From: Octopus vulgaris
Taxonomy: Eukaryota
Assembly: GCA_951406725.2 (NCBI GenBank)
Contig: OX597815.1
Location: forward strand, 202,182,001-202,246,000
Length of the DNA stretch: 64,000 nucleotides
Direction: 5' to 3'
Of the stretch, positions 53,494 to 64,000 are shown piece by piece. The notes beneath the pieces are model-generated. The model did no database searches. It was not told the origin of the DNA and saw only the letters and a list, made by a program, of their open reading frames with translations. Positions within the stretch are counted from its first letter, which is position 1. Each line of letters starts with the position of its first letter. The translations under genes and the position numbers were made by a program.

Positions 53494-54804
53494 TAATCCT
53501 TCCAACATCAAGCATCCCTGATATTTTCTTTCATTTCGTCACCTGTAATTGAATACAAATAAACAGCAACTTTACTGGCAGTATACTTTATTTACGATAG
53601 TTATCCTCAGTGCAAGATATTTTACTGATAAGTAAAAGGTTTATAAGTAGCTCTTACATAGACACATCTTTCATTGCTATCTCTGAATGAATGACTATTT
53701 TACTAGTTGACCTCATGACAGAAATGCTCGAGAGAAGGATTCCTTTCTACTTAACAAACACTATAAAGCCATTTCCAGTTTAGTAAGTATCGTATTTACT
53801 ATAATCATCAAACAAAATCAATAATTTGAAATAATTGTTCATCGCCTCTATTCGTATACGTATAGATCCATAATAGATAAATTCATACAATTTATAGAAT
53901 TCTAATAATGCAATAACACAAAAGTGTCTTTGTAGACAGATTTTGGAGACGTTAGTATCGATCTTGAGAATACAACAATGCTTATTTTATAGAAATACCA
54001 TGCAGTTTAATTAGATCGTATAGAAGAACGAACAGCCTTCATTTATTGTCTCAAATAAAATAATATTCTGTACAATCAAGGAAGTTTTATTGTGTTACGC
54101 TAGAGCTTTGGGTGTTTTCCACTCACTCGGTTTTCCAAAGACAAGGAAAGAAACTATTGCTACTACTACATTTTAATTAGACAAATTTTCCTATCCAGAG
54201 GTATGGTGATAAATAAAATGCGAATTAAACTAATCACGACACAATATTTCGCAATACGCTGGCAGCAATCTGGTCGGCTGATAAGAATATGAAGTTAGAT
54301 CAGTATTTGGTTAAAATATACAATAGACTACTTCAACTGAAAATGAACAACGACAAGTGTTGTTTAAAGGGTATGAGATGGAGATTTGTTTACCTAGACA
54401 GTCAATAGTTATTGGAGCGACATATTCAATAATACTTCAATACCACATGCAATTATTTGCGTGCATGCATTGCATACAGGCTTGCATACATACGAACATA
54501 CTTCCATGTATACACACGTAAATGTATATACATGTGTGTGTATGTTTTGAATGTGTGAAATTGTGTGTAGTCGTATGAGCGTGTAAGGTATATGATAAAT
54601 GGGATTTTGCTAGGACAGCCAATTTTACAAGAACTGTTCAAAAAGTATACCATTTTCAGGAGTCCTACTAAGCTTGAATTTACGTCATAAGATCAAGCAT
54701 ACATGTGAAGCATGAACGTTCACAATTACAATATTCGAAACAAGGAAGGTCCGTCGCTCCAGGGTCATAAAAAGCTCCCACAAAATTTATATTTTTTGTG
54801 CTTG

Positions 54805-55190
54805 CTCTCTTTACTTGTTTCAGTCATTTGACTGCGGCCATGCTGGAGCACCGCCTTTATTCTAACAAATCGACCCCAGGACTTATTCTTTGTAAGCCTA
54901 GTACTTATTCTAGCGATCGCTTTTGCCGAACCGCTAGATTACGGGGATGTAAACACTCCAGCATCGGTTGTCAGGCGACGTTTGGGGGGCGCAAACACAG
55001 ACACACAAACACACACACATATATATATACATATATACGACGGGCTTCTTTTAGTTTCCGTCTACCAAATCCACTCACAAGGCTTTGGTCGGGTCGAGGC
55101 TATAGTAGAAGACACTTGCCCAAGATGCCATGCAGTGGGACTGAACCCGGAACCATGTGGTTGGTAAACAATCTACTTACCACACAGCCG
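54805..55190 (-). mobile_element. SINE family A, near full length
   Basis: Reverse complement of 40578-41016. Confidence 0.92.
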
Positions 55191-55399
55191 TAAATTTTCT
55201 AAATATAAGACTTTTAAAAACAACACTTTTCCTTCCAAAATACTAGAGGAATAGACAATTATATGTACGTCCAATATAATTCATAAAACATAAGTACGCA
55301 CATACACATACTCAGCCACCAGGGATATATTTTGAAGATAGCGTAAATGTCAATTTTACTCTAATTGGTTTGGCAAAGGAAATGACGTAAGATTGCTTG

Positions 55400-55577
55400 A
55401 TACAAATGTGTAAACTTGATTTCAAGTTTTGGCACACGGTCATCAAGTTCGGAGAAGTGTCTTAGTCGATTATATCGACCCCAGATCATCCTTAAATGGA
55501 TGAAAGGTAAAGTCAACCTCGGCGGAATTTCAACCAAGAACGTAATGTCGCTAAGCATTTTGCGGGCGCACTAACTT
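55400..55577 (-). mobile_element. Decayed SINE family B
   Basis: GGATGAAAGGTAAAGTCAACCTCGGCGGAATTT..GCTAAGCATTTTG. Confidence 0.8.
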
Positions 55578-55705
55578 TTATGCAAATTTGATGCCTTACT
55601 AATATCAAATATTAAATATTAAATATTATGCAAATTTGATGCTTACTAATATCAAATATTAAATATTAAATATTATGCAAATTTGATGCTTACTAATATT
55701 AAATA
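55578..55705. repeat. Short tandem repeat, about 47-48 bp unit, about 2.6 copies
   Basis: TTATGCAAATTTGATGC(C)TTACTAATATCAAATATTAAATATTAAATA repeated. Confidence 0.9.
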
Positions 55706-56477
55706 GTGAAATAAGAAGAGAGGAAACTCTATTTACATTCAGAAGAAACATCAGAAGCAACTTCTATTAGTAGGAACGCGATTGCTATTATCTAAGTGAA
55801 ATGCATGTTCAGAGTATTTCTTTCTTTTTAATCGGTGGCAAAAAAAAACAAACAACAGAAAAATCATAAAAAAAAACTAAGAACATGTGAGGACCCAAAT
55901 TATTTAAATATTTTGGTTGTTGATTATTAGTGCATTTTTACCAAATATATATCTAAAAATAAATACTGAATTGTTAAATTTAAATCTATTTGTCATTTTG
56001 GGGCAAATTATTACATTGGCTATCATACAGTGAAAACACTTCCATAATACATACATACATACATACATACATACATACATACAAAAATACCCTATTGTTG
56101 ATGTTGAAATTCCAATGACGGAACCTTGGGTCTAGGTTAGAAACCGGTACTTTCTCTATTGTCAAGAAATCTTGAAATAAACTGAATAATTACATACGTA
56201 CATAATACATACCCGCACATATACACAATGTAGTTTTGCATGTATGCATGTATGTATGCGTGCATGTCTGTATATACATACCGTTGGTCAGTTAAAATAT
56301 GTTTGTGACACATCAAATATGTTACTAACATAAAATTATCAGCGAAAGGAATATCCCACACATGGAAACTCATGCGCGTGCACACAAATATATACACACA
56401 TACATACATGCACACAAATGCACTGCCACAATTATATATGTATGTATACGTGTATGTCTATGAATGTATATATGTAT

Positions 56478-56908
56478 GCAGGAGTGGCTTTGTGGTAAGT
56501 AGCTAGGCACAGGAGTGGCTATGTGTTGAGTAGTTTGCTTATGAACCACATGGTTCCGGGTTCAGTCCCACTGCGTGGCACCTTGGGTAAGTGTCTTTTA
56601 CTATAGCCTCGAGCCGACCAAAACCTTGTGAGTGGATTTGGTAGAGGGAAACTGAAAGAAGCCTGTCGTATATATGTATATGTATATAGATACGTGTGCT
56701 TGTACCCCCTCCCCCACATCGCTTGACAACCGATGCTAGTGTGTTTACGTCCCCGTAACTTAGCGGTTCTGCAAAAGAGACCGATAGAATAAGTACTAGG
56801 CTTACAAAGAATAAGTCTTGTGGTCGATTTGCTCAACTAAAGGCAGTGCTCCAGCATGGCCGCAGTCAAATGACTGAAACAAGTAAAAGAGTAAAAGAGT
56901 AAAGGAGT
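56478..56908 (+). mobile_element. SINE family A with a duplicated 5' head
   Basis: CAGGAGTGGCTTTGTGGTAAGTAGCT followed by a complete copy from about 56506. Confidence 0.92.
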
Positions 56909-57473
56909 AGTTGCACTATCATTTTAAATATCCGCCGACATAAATACATGCATACATATTTTATCCGTGCATGGATCCGCGCACCATGGATCCGCAAAGT
57001 CATCATTCTTTCTCTGTCGTTTCCGTGCGCTAAGGATAAATAGAAATTACTTTTTAGAAGTTGCTTGTATAAGATTTTTACACGGAGGACCGCAAATTTC
57101 TCACGAAGCAGATTTTATCTTTGCACAACACAGCCAAGTTGTTTAGTGGGAAAGCAAGAGCAAACACATCAAGTCCAATGCCATCGTAGCAGATAACAGA
57201 GATCTAAGACACTGACAAAGTGAGAGTAATTTACTGTCTCCTGTTTGCAACTTGTACTTATTTAAAACAAACAGTATCTTGTTGGCAGTTGTTTACTTTC
57301 ATGGAGCAATATATGAACGAATGTAAGTTTAACATCTGATGTAATAGGTATTCGGAACCTAAAAATCATGAGAAGGTAACGAGCGCTTTTATTCCCACCA
57401 CCCTCAATATTTCAGCTACCAAACCTCTTTCACGAAGCCTACACATGTTTATGGTCCGCACACGCACAGCCAT

Positions 57474-57474
<1 letters not shown>

Positions 57475-57532
<58 letters not shown>

Positions 57533-57541
57533 GATAGATAT

Positions 57542-57617
<76 letters not shown>

Positions 57618-57644
57618 GTAGATAGATAGATTGATTGAATGATT

Positions 57645-57681
<37 letters not shown>

Positions 57682-57825
57682 GTAGGTAGGTAGGTAGGTA
57701 GATAGATAGGTAGGTAGGTAGATAGATGGATAGATTGATAGATAGATAGATACATACATACATGCATACATACATACATACATACATACATACATACATA
57801 CATACATGCATACATACATACATAC
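57475..57825. repeat. (CA)n(GATA)n(GGTA)n(CATA)n compound microsatellite
   Basis: Directly visible. Confidence 0.97.
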
Positions 57826-58469
57826 TCGTACACAGAAAAAAAAACTAAAACAACAATGAACAGTCGACTTGCCATGGGGTGTAGAAAAATCCATCCAGAG
57901 TTTCAGTCAACGCCCCTCTGCAAGGAAAATTTGATAGGGATTTATAACAGACTTTTACATTTTCGATGTAAGAATAACTAGTCGCCACTGATAAGAAACG
58001 TAGTACTAAGGAGATTTCACATGCGGAGAGTAATTTGCAGAAGATAGAATCAGACAAATTGAGAGAGAAGTAGTTAATTGAGTTGTGGGTTTTTTTTTGT
58101 TGTTTTTTTTGTCTCTTTTGCTCTTGGAATATATCCTCGTGTACTTGTTGATGTTTATCGACAATTTAGACAGTGAGATTGCCACGCTGTAATTAGATCG
58201 AGTAATACTTCTTTAAAAAATCATCTATTATTTTTGCTCTACCCCAACTCCCAGGTATTACGGGTGGGCATTCCTCAAGTAAATATGACTCTTGGTAATG
58301 CCGTAATTTTTGTCGGCCTCGAAGCGAAATGAATGTTATTTCGAGAACCAATAATGATGATGATGGTGGTGATGGTAGTGCTGGTGCTGCTGCTAGTGAT
58401 GATGATGATGAGGAGGAGGAGGAGGTGGAGGACAGTAGTAAAATAAACAAAAACCACGATGTTAAGTAT

Positions 58470-58660
58470 TGCTAATTTATGCACAAAGCCAACAAATGCG
58501 AATGGAGTTACTTAGTCGATAACATCAAGATTTGTATTGCTTTATCTACCCCGCAGGGATGAAATGCAAAGTCGACGTTTGTGGGAGTTTTAGCTCAGAA
58601 TGTAAACATAGACGGAACATATATATACCGCAAGGCATATTCAAGCGATTCTGCTAGTTC
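58470..58660 (-). mobile_element. Decayed SINE family B
   Basis: GGGATGAAATGCAAAGTCGAC..CTCAGAATGTAA..CGATTCTGCTAG. Confidence 0.65.
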
Positions 58661-58932
58661 ACAGCATCAAAATACAGGTGAATATAAGAAGTGAATTATA
58701 ATATAGACGAAAATCTAAACTAGAAAATAGTTAGAATTGGAAAAAAATATAATAGAATAAAATTCGAAATAAGAAACATAGTAACATATAAAGGAGAGAA
58801 GCATAAACAAGGACACTCTCTTGTCCCTATGGGTAAATAATTACAATGATGATCCTGGTGATTATAAAAAAAAAATCAATTCAATTCAGGTTATTATTTT
58901 GCAGCTAGTTTATGAATAACTGGAACATTTAC

Positions 58933-59169
58933 TCTGTTGTGTCTGGGGAGAGTCATTTTCTTTTTGTGCCTTGTAATTTAACACACCCACCGGTAAAATT
59001 TCCACTTATTCTATATTTTTATTTTCCTAAAATTTTCGTTGTGTCTTGCAACCTTTTCAATAGTTTTGACTATTGAAAAGGTTGCAAGACGCAACGAAAA
59101 TTTTTCTACCAGTGAGTGACTTAAATTATAAGGCACAAAAAGAAAATGACTCTCCCCAGACACAACAGA
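58933..59169. repeat. Long near-perfect palindrome with a 4-nt loop
   Basis: TCTGTTGTGTCTGGGGAGAGTCATTTTCTTTTTGTGCCTT..AACCTTTTCAATAGT-TTTG-ACTATTGAAAAGGTT..AAGGCACAAAAAGAAAATGACTCTCCCCAGACACAACAGA. The right arm lacks about 30 bp. Confidence 0.95.
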
Positions 59170-61384
59170 ATATGCTTCAACACACGAACTCACATAAAGA
59201 ATCTTGCAAACCAAATCCAAAACGGCATATTTACTGATGTCCAGATTAAATATTTACAGTAGCGTCAAATCCATTTCAAATGTTTTTGCTGAATGAGATG
59301 CATGGTTTCGCCTAAAGAACCCTTCTGGCAGAAATAAGAATAAGCATGTGTAATCACACTATTAACTAATAATGATAATGTCTTCGTTTACTCTAATGAT
59401 TTTTGAGAGCAGAAAAATTGCGGTTTTCTGTGGGGCTTTATTTTTAACGCGATATAATACTTATGAAAGTTCGTTGTTGTTCATGACTGTCAAGGACTTT
59501 GATCAGAAATCGCGCTTTTAAAGCAAGCATTATATCATGGTAAAAATATTTTTGTCAATTAAAAACTGAAAATCAGTCAACTTTTCGTTTAATATATTAC
59601 TTGAATGGCAAAATGTTAAAAGGAAACTCATAAAAACATTAATTGCACTAAACTGAATTTCTTCATTTTCGCTTCATTGGAATTGTGTTAAGAATGAAAT
59701 TCCCACTAATGTAAATTCATGATGGATATATTTAGAAAGACACTTATCGGAATGGCTACTAGAATATTTAAACGCAAGTACGACCAATTTTCTTTCAAAA
59801 TTACATTATTGGAATAAGAAAGTTACCCTCATATTCATTTAGGAACTCATAATTAAAGGTAGGTATACAGACCATTTTTGGCAGACGTTATGCTTCCCAT
59901 AAGCAAACGGTATTCTACTTGAGGGTTTCCTTAAGATATTACTTTCTGGTACACATATTCTTAATAAGTCTGAAATATATCCTACCTCTAAGTGGATTCT
60001 ACCGAAAATTCACCATCGGGGAGTCATACTGCCATCATCTTCCAGTAAACACAATGGTTCCTAGTCAGGCACATTCTGGCTTCCTAGAATGCATATCTGA
60101 TGTCCACTGAAGCACCAACTCACTGAATCTTAAATACCCGCACAGCACATAAATTAGCATACTGGTTCCTTCAATAAGTTCTAACTCTGCAACTCTCCAT
60201 ATAATATAACCCGTACCCACTTTTACACCAGCCAACAACCACCGCATATTTTGACGTCTGTTTGTATTTTCCGTGTACTTCCCGGGAATTCCAAACATTT
60301 CTTTTTCCCACGCAGTTCAAATATTTCTTTTTTCCATATTCAAGTATTCTATTCCAAAATTATGTGAGCGCACATTCTTCCATTTTCCAAAACACATTGT
60401 TTCTTTCGACATCTTTATTCTTGTAATTTTCACTGGCATCCCCAGTAGATTTCTATATTCTTCCGTATAATTTACATAAACCCCTACCACATATTCCTCA
60501 TAATATCATTCTATCACCAAGAAATAATTTCTATTCAAAATAATGCTATATTTACAAAATTGTAGCATTTTTCAATTATTTTCAAATGTTTTCAATTACA
60601 TTGTTGCCTGATTTAAATGATTTAATGCATTTTAAAATTTTCTATCAGAACCCAGATATTATCAGTTTCCCTCGATTGTCAAAGAAATCTTCATTATAAT
60701 TCCTTCAACTAACCCTCTACTAACATCAATGATAATAATATTCCAGCCAACATTATGAACCAACAACCATAGTGTTCTAAATTTTTATCCACCGCCTCCA
60801 ACCAATGAATTTCAGTATTTAATTAGAATTTAGTTTCGCGTATCCATAGGCTCCAATATATTTTTCCTTATCTTAGTTCCTTATCTTAGTTCTTCCGTAT
60901 TTTCTAATCTCCATACCAATTCATTACAAATAATTTTTGCTAATTTACATTTTTATATCCACGGTTGTATTATATTTTGCATCTTTATGATTTTTTTAGT
61001 TATTGATTCATTTCCATTAACAGCAGCACTATTTTGGTCACCATCAGTTTTTAGTTGTTTTAGTTTATTTTTTTTTACTTTTTAGATTTATAATTTTTTT
61101 CTAAATATATTCTTTAATTTCATTTTTAAATGCTTCGTATTCTATTTCCGTTTTTGTTATGCTTCATAAACGATATATTTATGTTTATTGGCAGAATCGT
61201 TAGAGTGTCTAACAATGCCTTATGGTTTTTAATTAAGGGTCATAACTTCTTGTAAGAAATTCCACCGGTATCAAATCTGTCTCATCATTTTAAAATTGTG
61301 AGTAAAAGGCGAGGTCAAACTCTTCGTTCGAATTATCAACTAACCACAACACAAATTCATATTCCATGCCTGTGTGAGAAAGAG

Positions 61385-61418
<34 letters not shown>

Positions 61419-61424
61419 TATTGA

Positions 61425-61630
61425 GTAAACTGGCAGAAATGTTAGCACACCAAACAAAATGCTTAGCGGAATTTAGTCCCCCTTTACATTCTGGATTCGA
61501 ATTCCGTCAAGGTTGACTTTGCCCTTCATCAATTCGGGGTCGGGATAATATGTACTAGTCAAGTACTGAGGTAGATGTAAGCTGTTAGCCCCTCTCCCGC
61601 TAAAATTTCAGGCTTTGTACTTATATTCTT
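61425..61630 (+). mobile_element. Decayed SINE family B
   Basis: CTGGCAGAAATGTTAGCAC..AAAATGCTTAGCGG..GGTTGACTTTGCCCTTCATC. Confidence 0.8.
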
Positions 61631-61664
61631 AGTATGCATGTGAGAGAAATTAGCCCACTTGCTA

Positions 61665-61875
61665 CAACTACCACCACTACCACCACCACCACCACCACCA
61701 CCACCATCACCACCACTAGTGCTACTAATTCTACTATTACTACTACTGATGCTGCTGCCACTGCTACTATTATTACTACTACTACTACTACTACTACTAT
61801 TACTAGTACTAATAATGATAGTGATAATAATAAACTAGCAATGATTATTAGTACTATTATTATTATTATTATTAT

Positions 61876-61967
<92 letters not shown>

Positions 61968-61980
61968 CTAATAATAATAA
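61665..61980. repeat. (ACC)n(ACT)n(ATT)n(AGT)n compound microsatellite
   Basis: Directly visible; explains the poly-T/S ORF 61634..61993. Confidence 0.95.
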
Positions 61981-62084
61981 TCCTTTCTACTAGAAGCACA
62001 AAGTCTGGAATTTGTGGGAGGGGACTAGTCGATTACATCAACCCCAGTGTTTTACTGGTACTCGAAAGGATGAAATATATAGCT

Positions 62085-63500
62085 TCTACATTTTTGTTAA
62101 TATGCTTTTTATCATGACCTATTGTTACTGGTACTGTGTCTTCACTTTCATTCCCAAAAACTTTAGTAATACAATCTCGAGGTCTTTGTACTTGCACAAT
62201 TTCTCCATCTCTTTTGGGGCAATATTTTGGCCAAAAGGGACTGCGATGTCTATCAGTGAACAGATGTTTTTTTGTTTCGTTTTTTTTTTGTTTTCTCCCC
62301 CCCCCCCCAATCAATCTTTGATTATTATGTCTGGGAGAATGTCATTTATATTTTTAGCAGTTTGAACAGGGATACCCCAGAGGATTGTGACCTGGTCGTT
62401 GTCATTAGCCTTGTTTGGCACATGTTTATACCATTTCCTGCCAGGTTTTATATTGTAGTGTTGGCCTGTTGCCCAGTGGTTATAACTACTCACTCGGTCA
62501 TATATATATTCAGATTTGACAAGGACTGGACGACCAGAGATGATGTGTTCAACTGTCTCATTGCACTGGTTGTACATTCTGCATTTGGTGTTAAGGCCTG
62601 CTTTCATTGTTTTGTTTTATAGCTGTTTTTGGTCAGGAAATCATCTTGTGCAGTGAGAATCAGTCCTTTCGTTTCAGCTTTTAGTCCGGAGCTTTTGAGC
62701 CATTGTTGGCTTTTACTTAGGCTCACTTCCCTGTTAAGCCTTGCAAGATAGTGGTCGTCGCCCGGTGGCAGAATGTTTAGCACGCCGGGCGAATTTCTTA
62801 GCGGTATTTCGTCTGCCGCTACGTTCTGATTTCAAATTCCGCCGAGGTCACTTTGCCTTTCATCCTTTCGGGGTCGATAAATTAAGTACCAGTTACGCAC
62901 TGGAGTCGATGTAATCGACTTAATACTTATGTCTGTCCTTGTTTGTCCCCTCTATGTTTAGCCCCTTGTAGGTAATAAAGAAATACGTATAGTAATTTTT
63001 CTCTCCATTTCTTCTTTAGTGTGTTTTGCAGTTGTATTTTCATATTGTTGTTGTATTGTTGTATTTTGTCTCTGACAATTTCTTCTATGTTACCATCCGA
63101 GATCAGTCTATCGATGTAATTTGTTTCTCTTTCGTATTTTGTCGCTTCCTTCTGTATTGAGAAAAAAAACTTTTCTGTTTCAGGTGCTGCTTTATTACAT
63201 GTAGAAGTCTTCTACTTTAAGTTTTAAGTACTTTTCTAGTCCAACTGTTGTCATTTTATAGTGGTGGTCTATCTGCGGCAGGCCATAGCCTTATTCTGGG
63301 CGAGATATATATATTCTGTTTGTGTCTGCTTTGGGGTGGTAACTTCGGAATGCTGTTAATTGTTTTCTAGCTTTTCTATCAAATTTTCTGAATTCTTTGA
63401 TATTCCAGTTCCTTATGCCGAAGTTCTATTTTATGATTGGTATGGCTAGCGTATTTATCCCTATTATCTTGTTTTTAGCATAGCATTCGGTGTTTATTAT
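62085..63500 (-). mobile_element. Decayed Dong/R4-type LINE interrupted by a SINE
   Basis: ORF 62311..62607 gives CRMYNQCNETVEHIISG..VTILW..PDIII and ORF 62125..62310 gives LIDIAVP..KEMEKLCKYKDLEI. WLKSSGLKAETKGLILTAQDD lies at about 62640-62705. Confidence 0.9.
62753..62985 (+). mobile_element. SINE family B nested in the R4-type LINE
   Basis: Aligns with 50339-50570. Confidence 0.92.
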
Positions 63501-63519
63501 TAGTCTAATTTCGCCAATA

Positions 63520-64000
63520 CTTTGCTCCTTTGTTCGGAAAGAGTGGTGGGACGGAGATTATGGCGGACTTCAGTTCCTACCTCGATGGATTGCCGCGTCT
63601 CTTGGGGGCCAACGCTAAGCACTGTGAAAGGCAAATAACTTCAGCCGAAATTCAGGATGCCCTTGTCAGCTGCAGGAGGGCCAGGTCACCAGGTGTAGAG
63701 GGTCTGTCCTATGAACTTTACGTAAATATGCCACACTTGTTCTCTAATCTCATCGAAGAGCTCTACAGCAACTTACAGCAGAACGAGTATTCCTAGTTCT
63801 GTGAGCCGGGGCGTAGTGACACTGATAATGAAGGACAAAAACAAGAGGGACACATTAGATAATTTTAGACCCATAACTCTGCTTAACACAGAATTTAAGA
63901 TGTTAACCAATGTATTAGCAAAGAGGTTGATGCTTGTCTTCGAGGACTTGGTCGGGGAGGCGCAAATCTGCGCAATCCCGACTAGGTCCATACACGACAA
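63520..64000 (+). mobile_element. L1/Tx1-clade LINE reverse-transcriptase fragment (runs off the window)
   Basis: ITSAEIQDAL..RSPGVEGLSYELY, then a frameshift at about 63786, then IPSSVSRGVVTLIMK..DNFRPITLLNTEFKMLTNVLAKRL..VGEAQICAIPTRSIHD. Confidence 0.92.

Noticed and set aside
57134-57219. Exon-like segment with AG/GT boundaries
   Set aside because: Stop codons occur in all three frames; it cannot be supported without RNA data.
59900-61050. Possible very old L1/Tx1-type ORF2 remnant on the minus strand
   Set aside because: Only vague W/G spacing is visible; no motif is reconstructable by eye.

Overview
AT-rich, repeat-saturated animal DNA with no recognisable host protein-coding gene, so it is intronic or intergenic. 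The repeat repertoire (three tRNA-derived SINE families, Dong/R4-type LINEs in (AAT)n tracts, RTE/BovB, L1/Tx1, dense microsatellites) most resembles a cephalopod, probably Octopus; that assignment is inference from recognition, not a search. Nearly all listed ORFs are microsatellite or SINE artefacts. The real coding remnants are about eight 5'-truncated restriction-like-endonuclease LINE fragments, an internally deleted RTE element, an internally deleted D34D mariner and a Tx1/L1 reverse-transcriptase fragment. Non-autonomous DNA elements include a hAT MITE with 8-bp TSD, a DINE-1/HINE-like element and a small TIR element. The most interesting signal is a set of short non-coding elements (about 19.1, 28.6, 44.0, 46.5, 48.6, 52.5 and probably 59.0 kb) with the topology of minimal type I hammerhead ribozymes, as in Penelope-like pLTRs and animal retrozymes, but with recurring non-canonical cores (CCGANGA, CUGUNGA). 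They include a ~350-bp structured monomer with a 12-bp TSD whose two ends are found joined head-to-tail in a second copy, and two long fold-back palindromes centred at the ribozyme motif. All alignments and folds were done by eye; ribozyme activity is untested.
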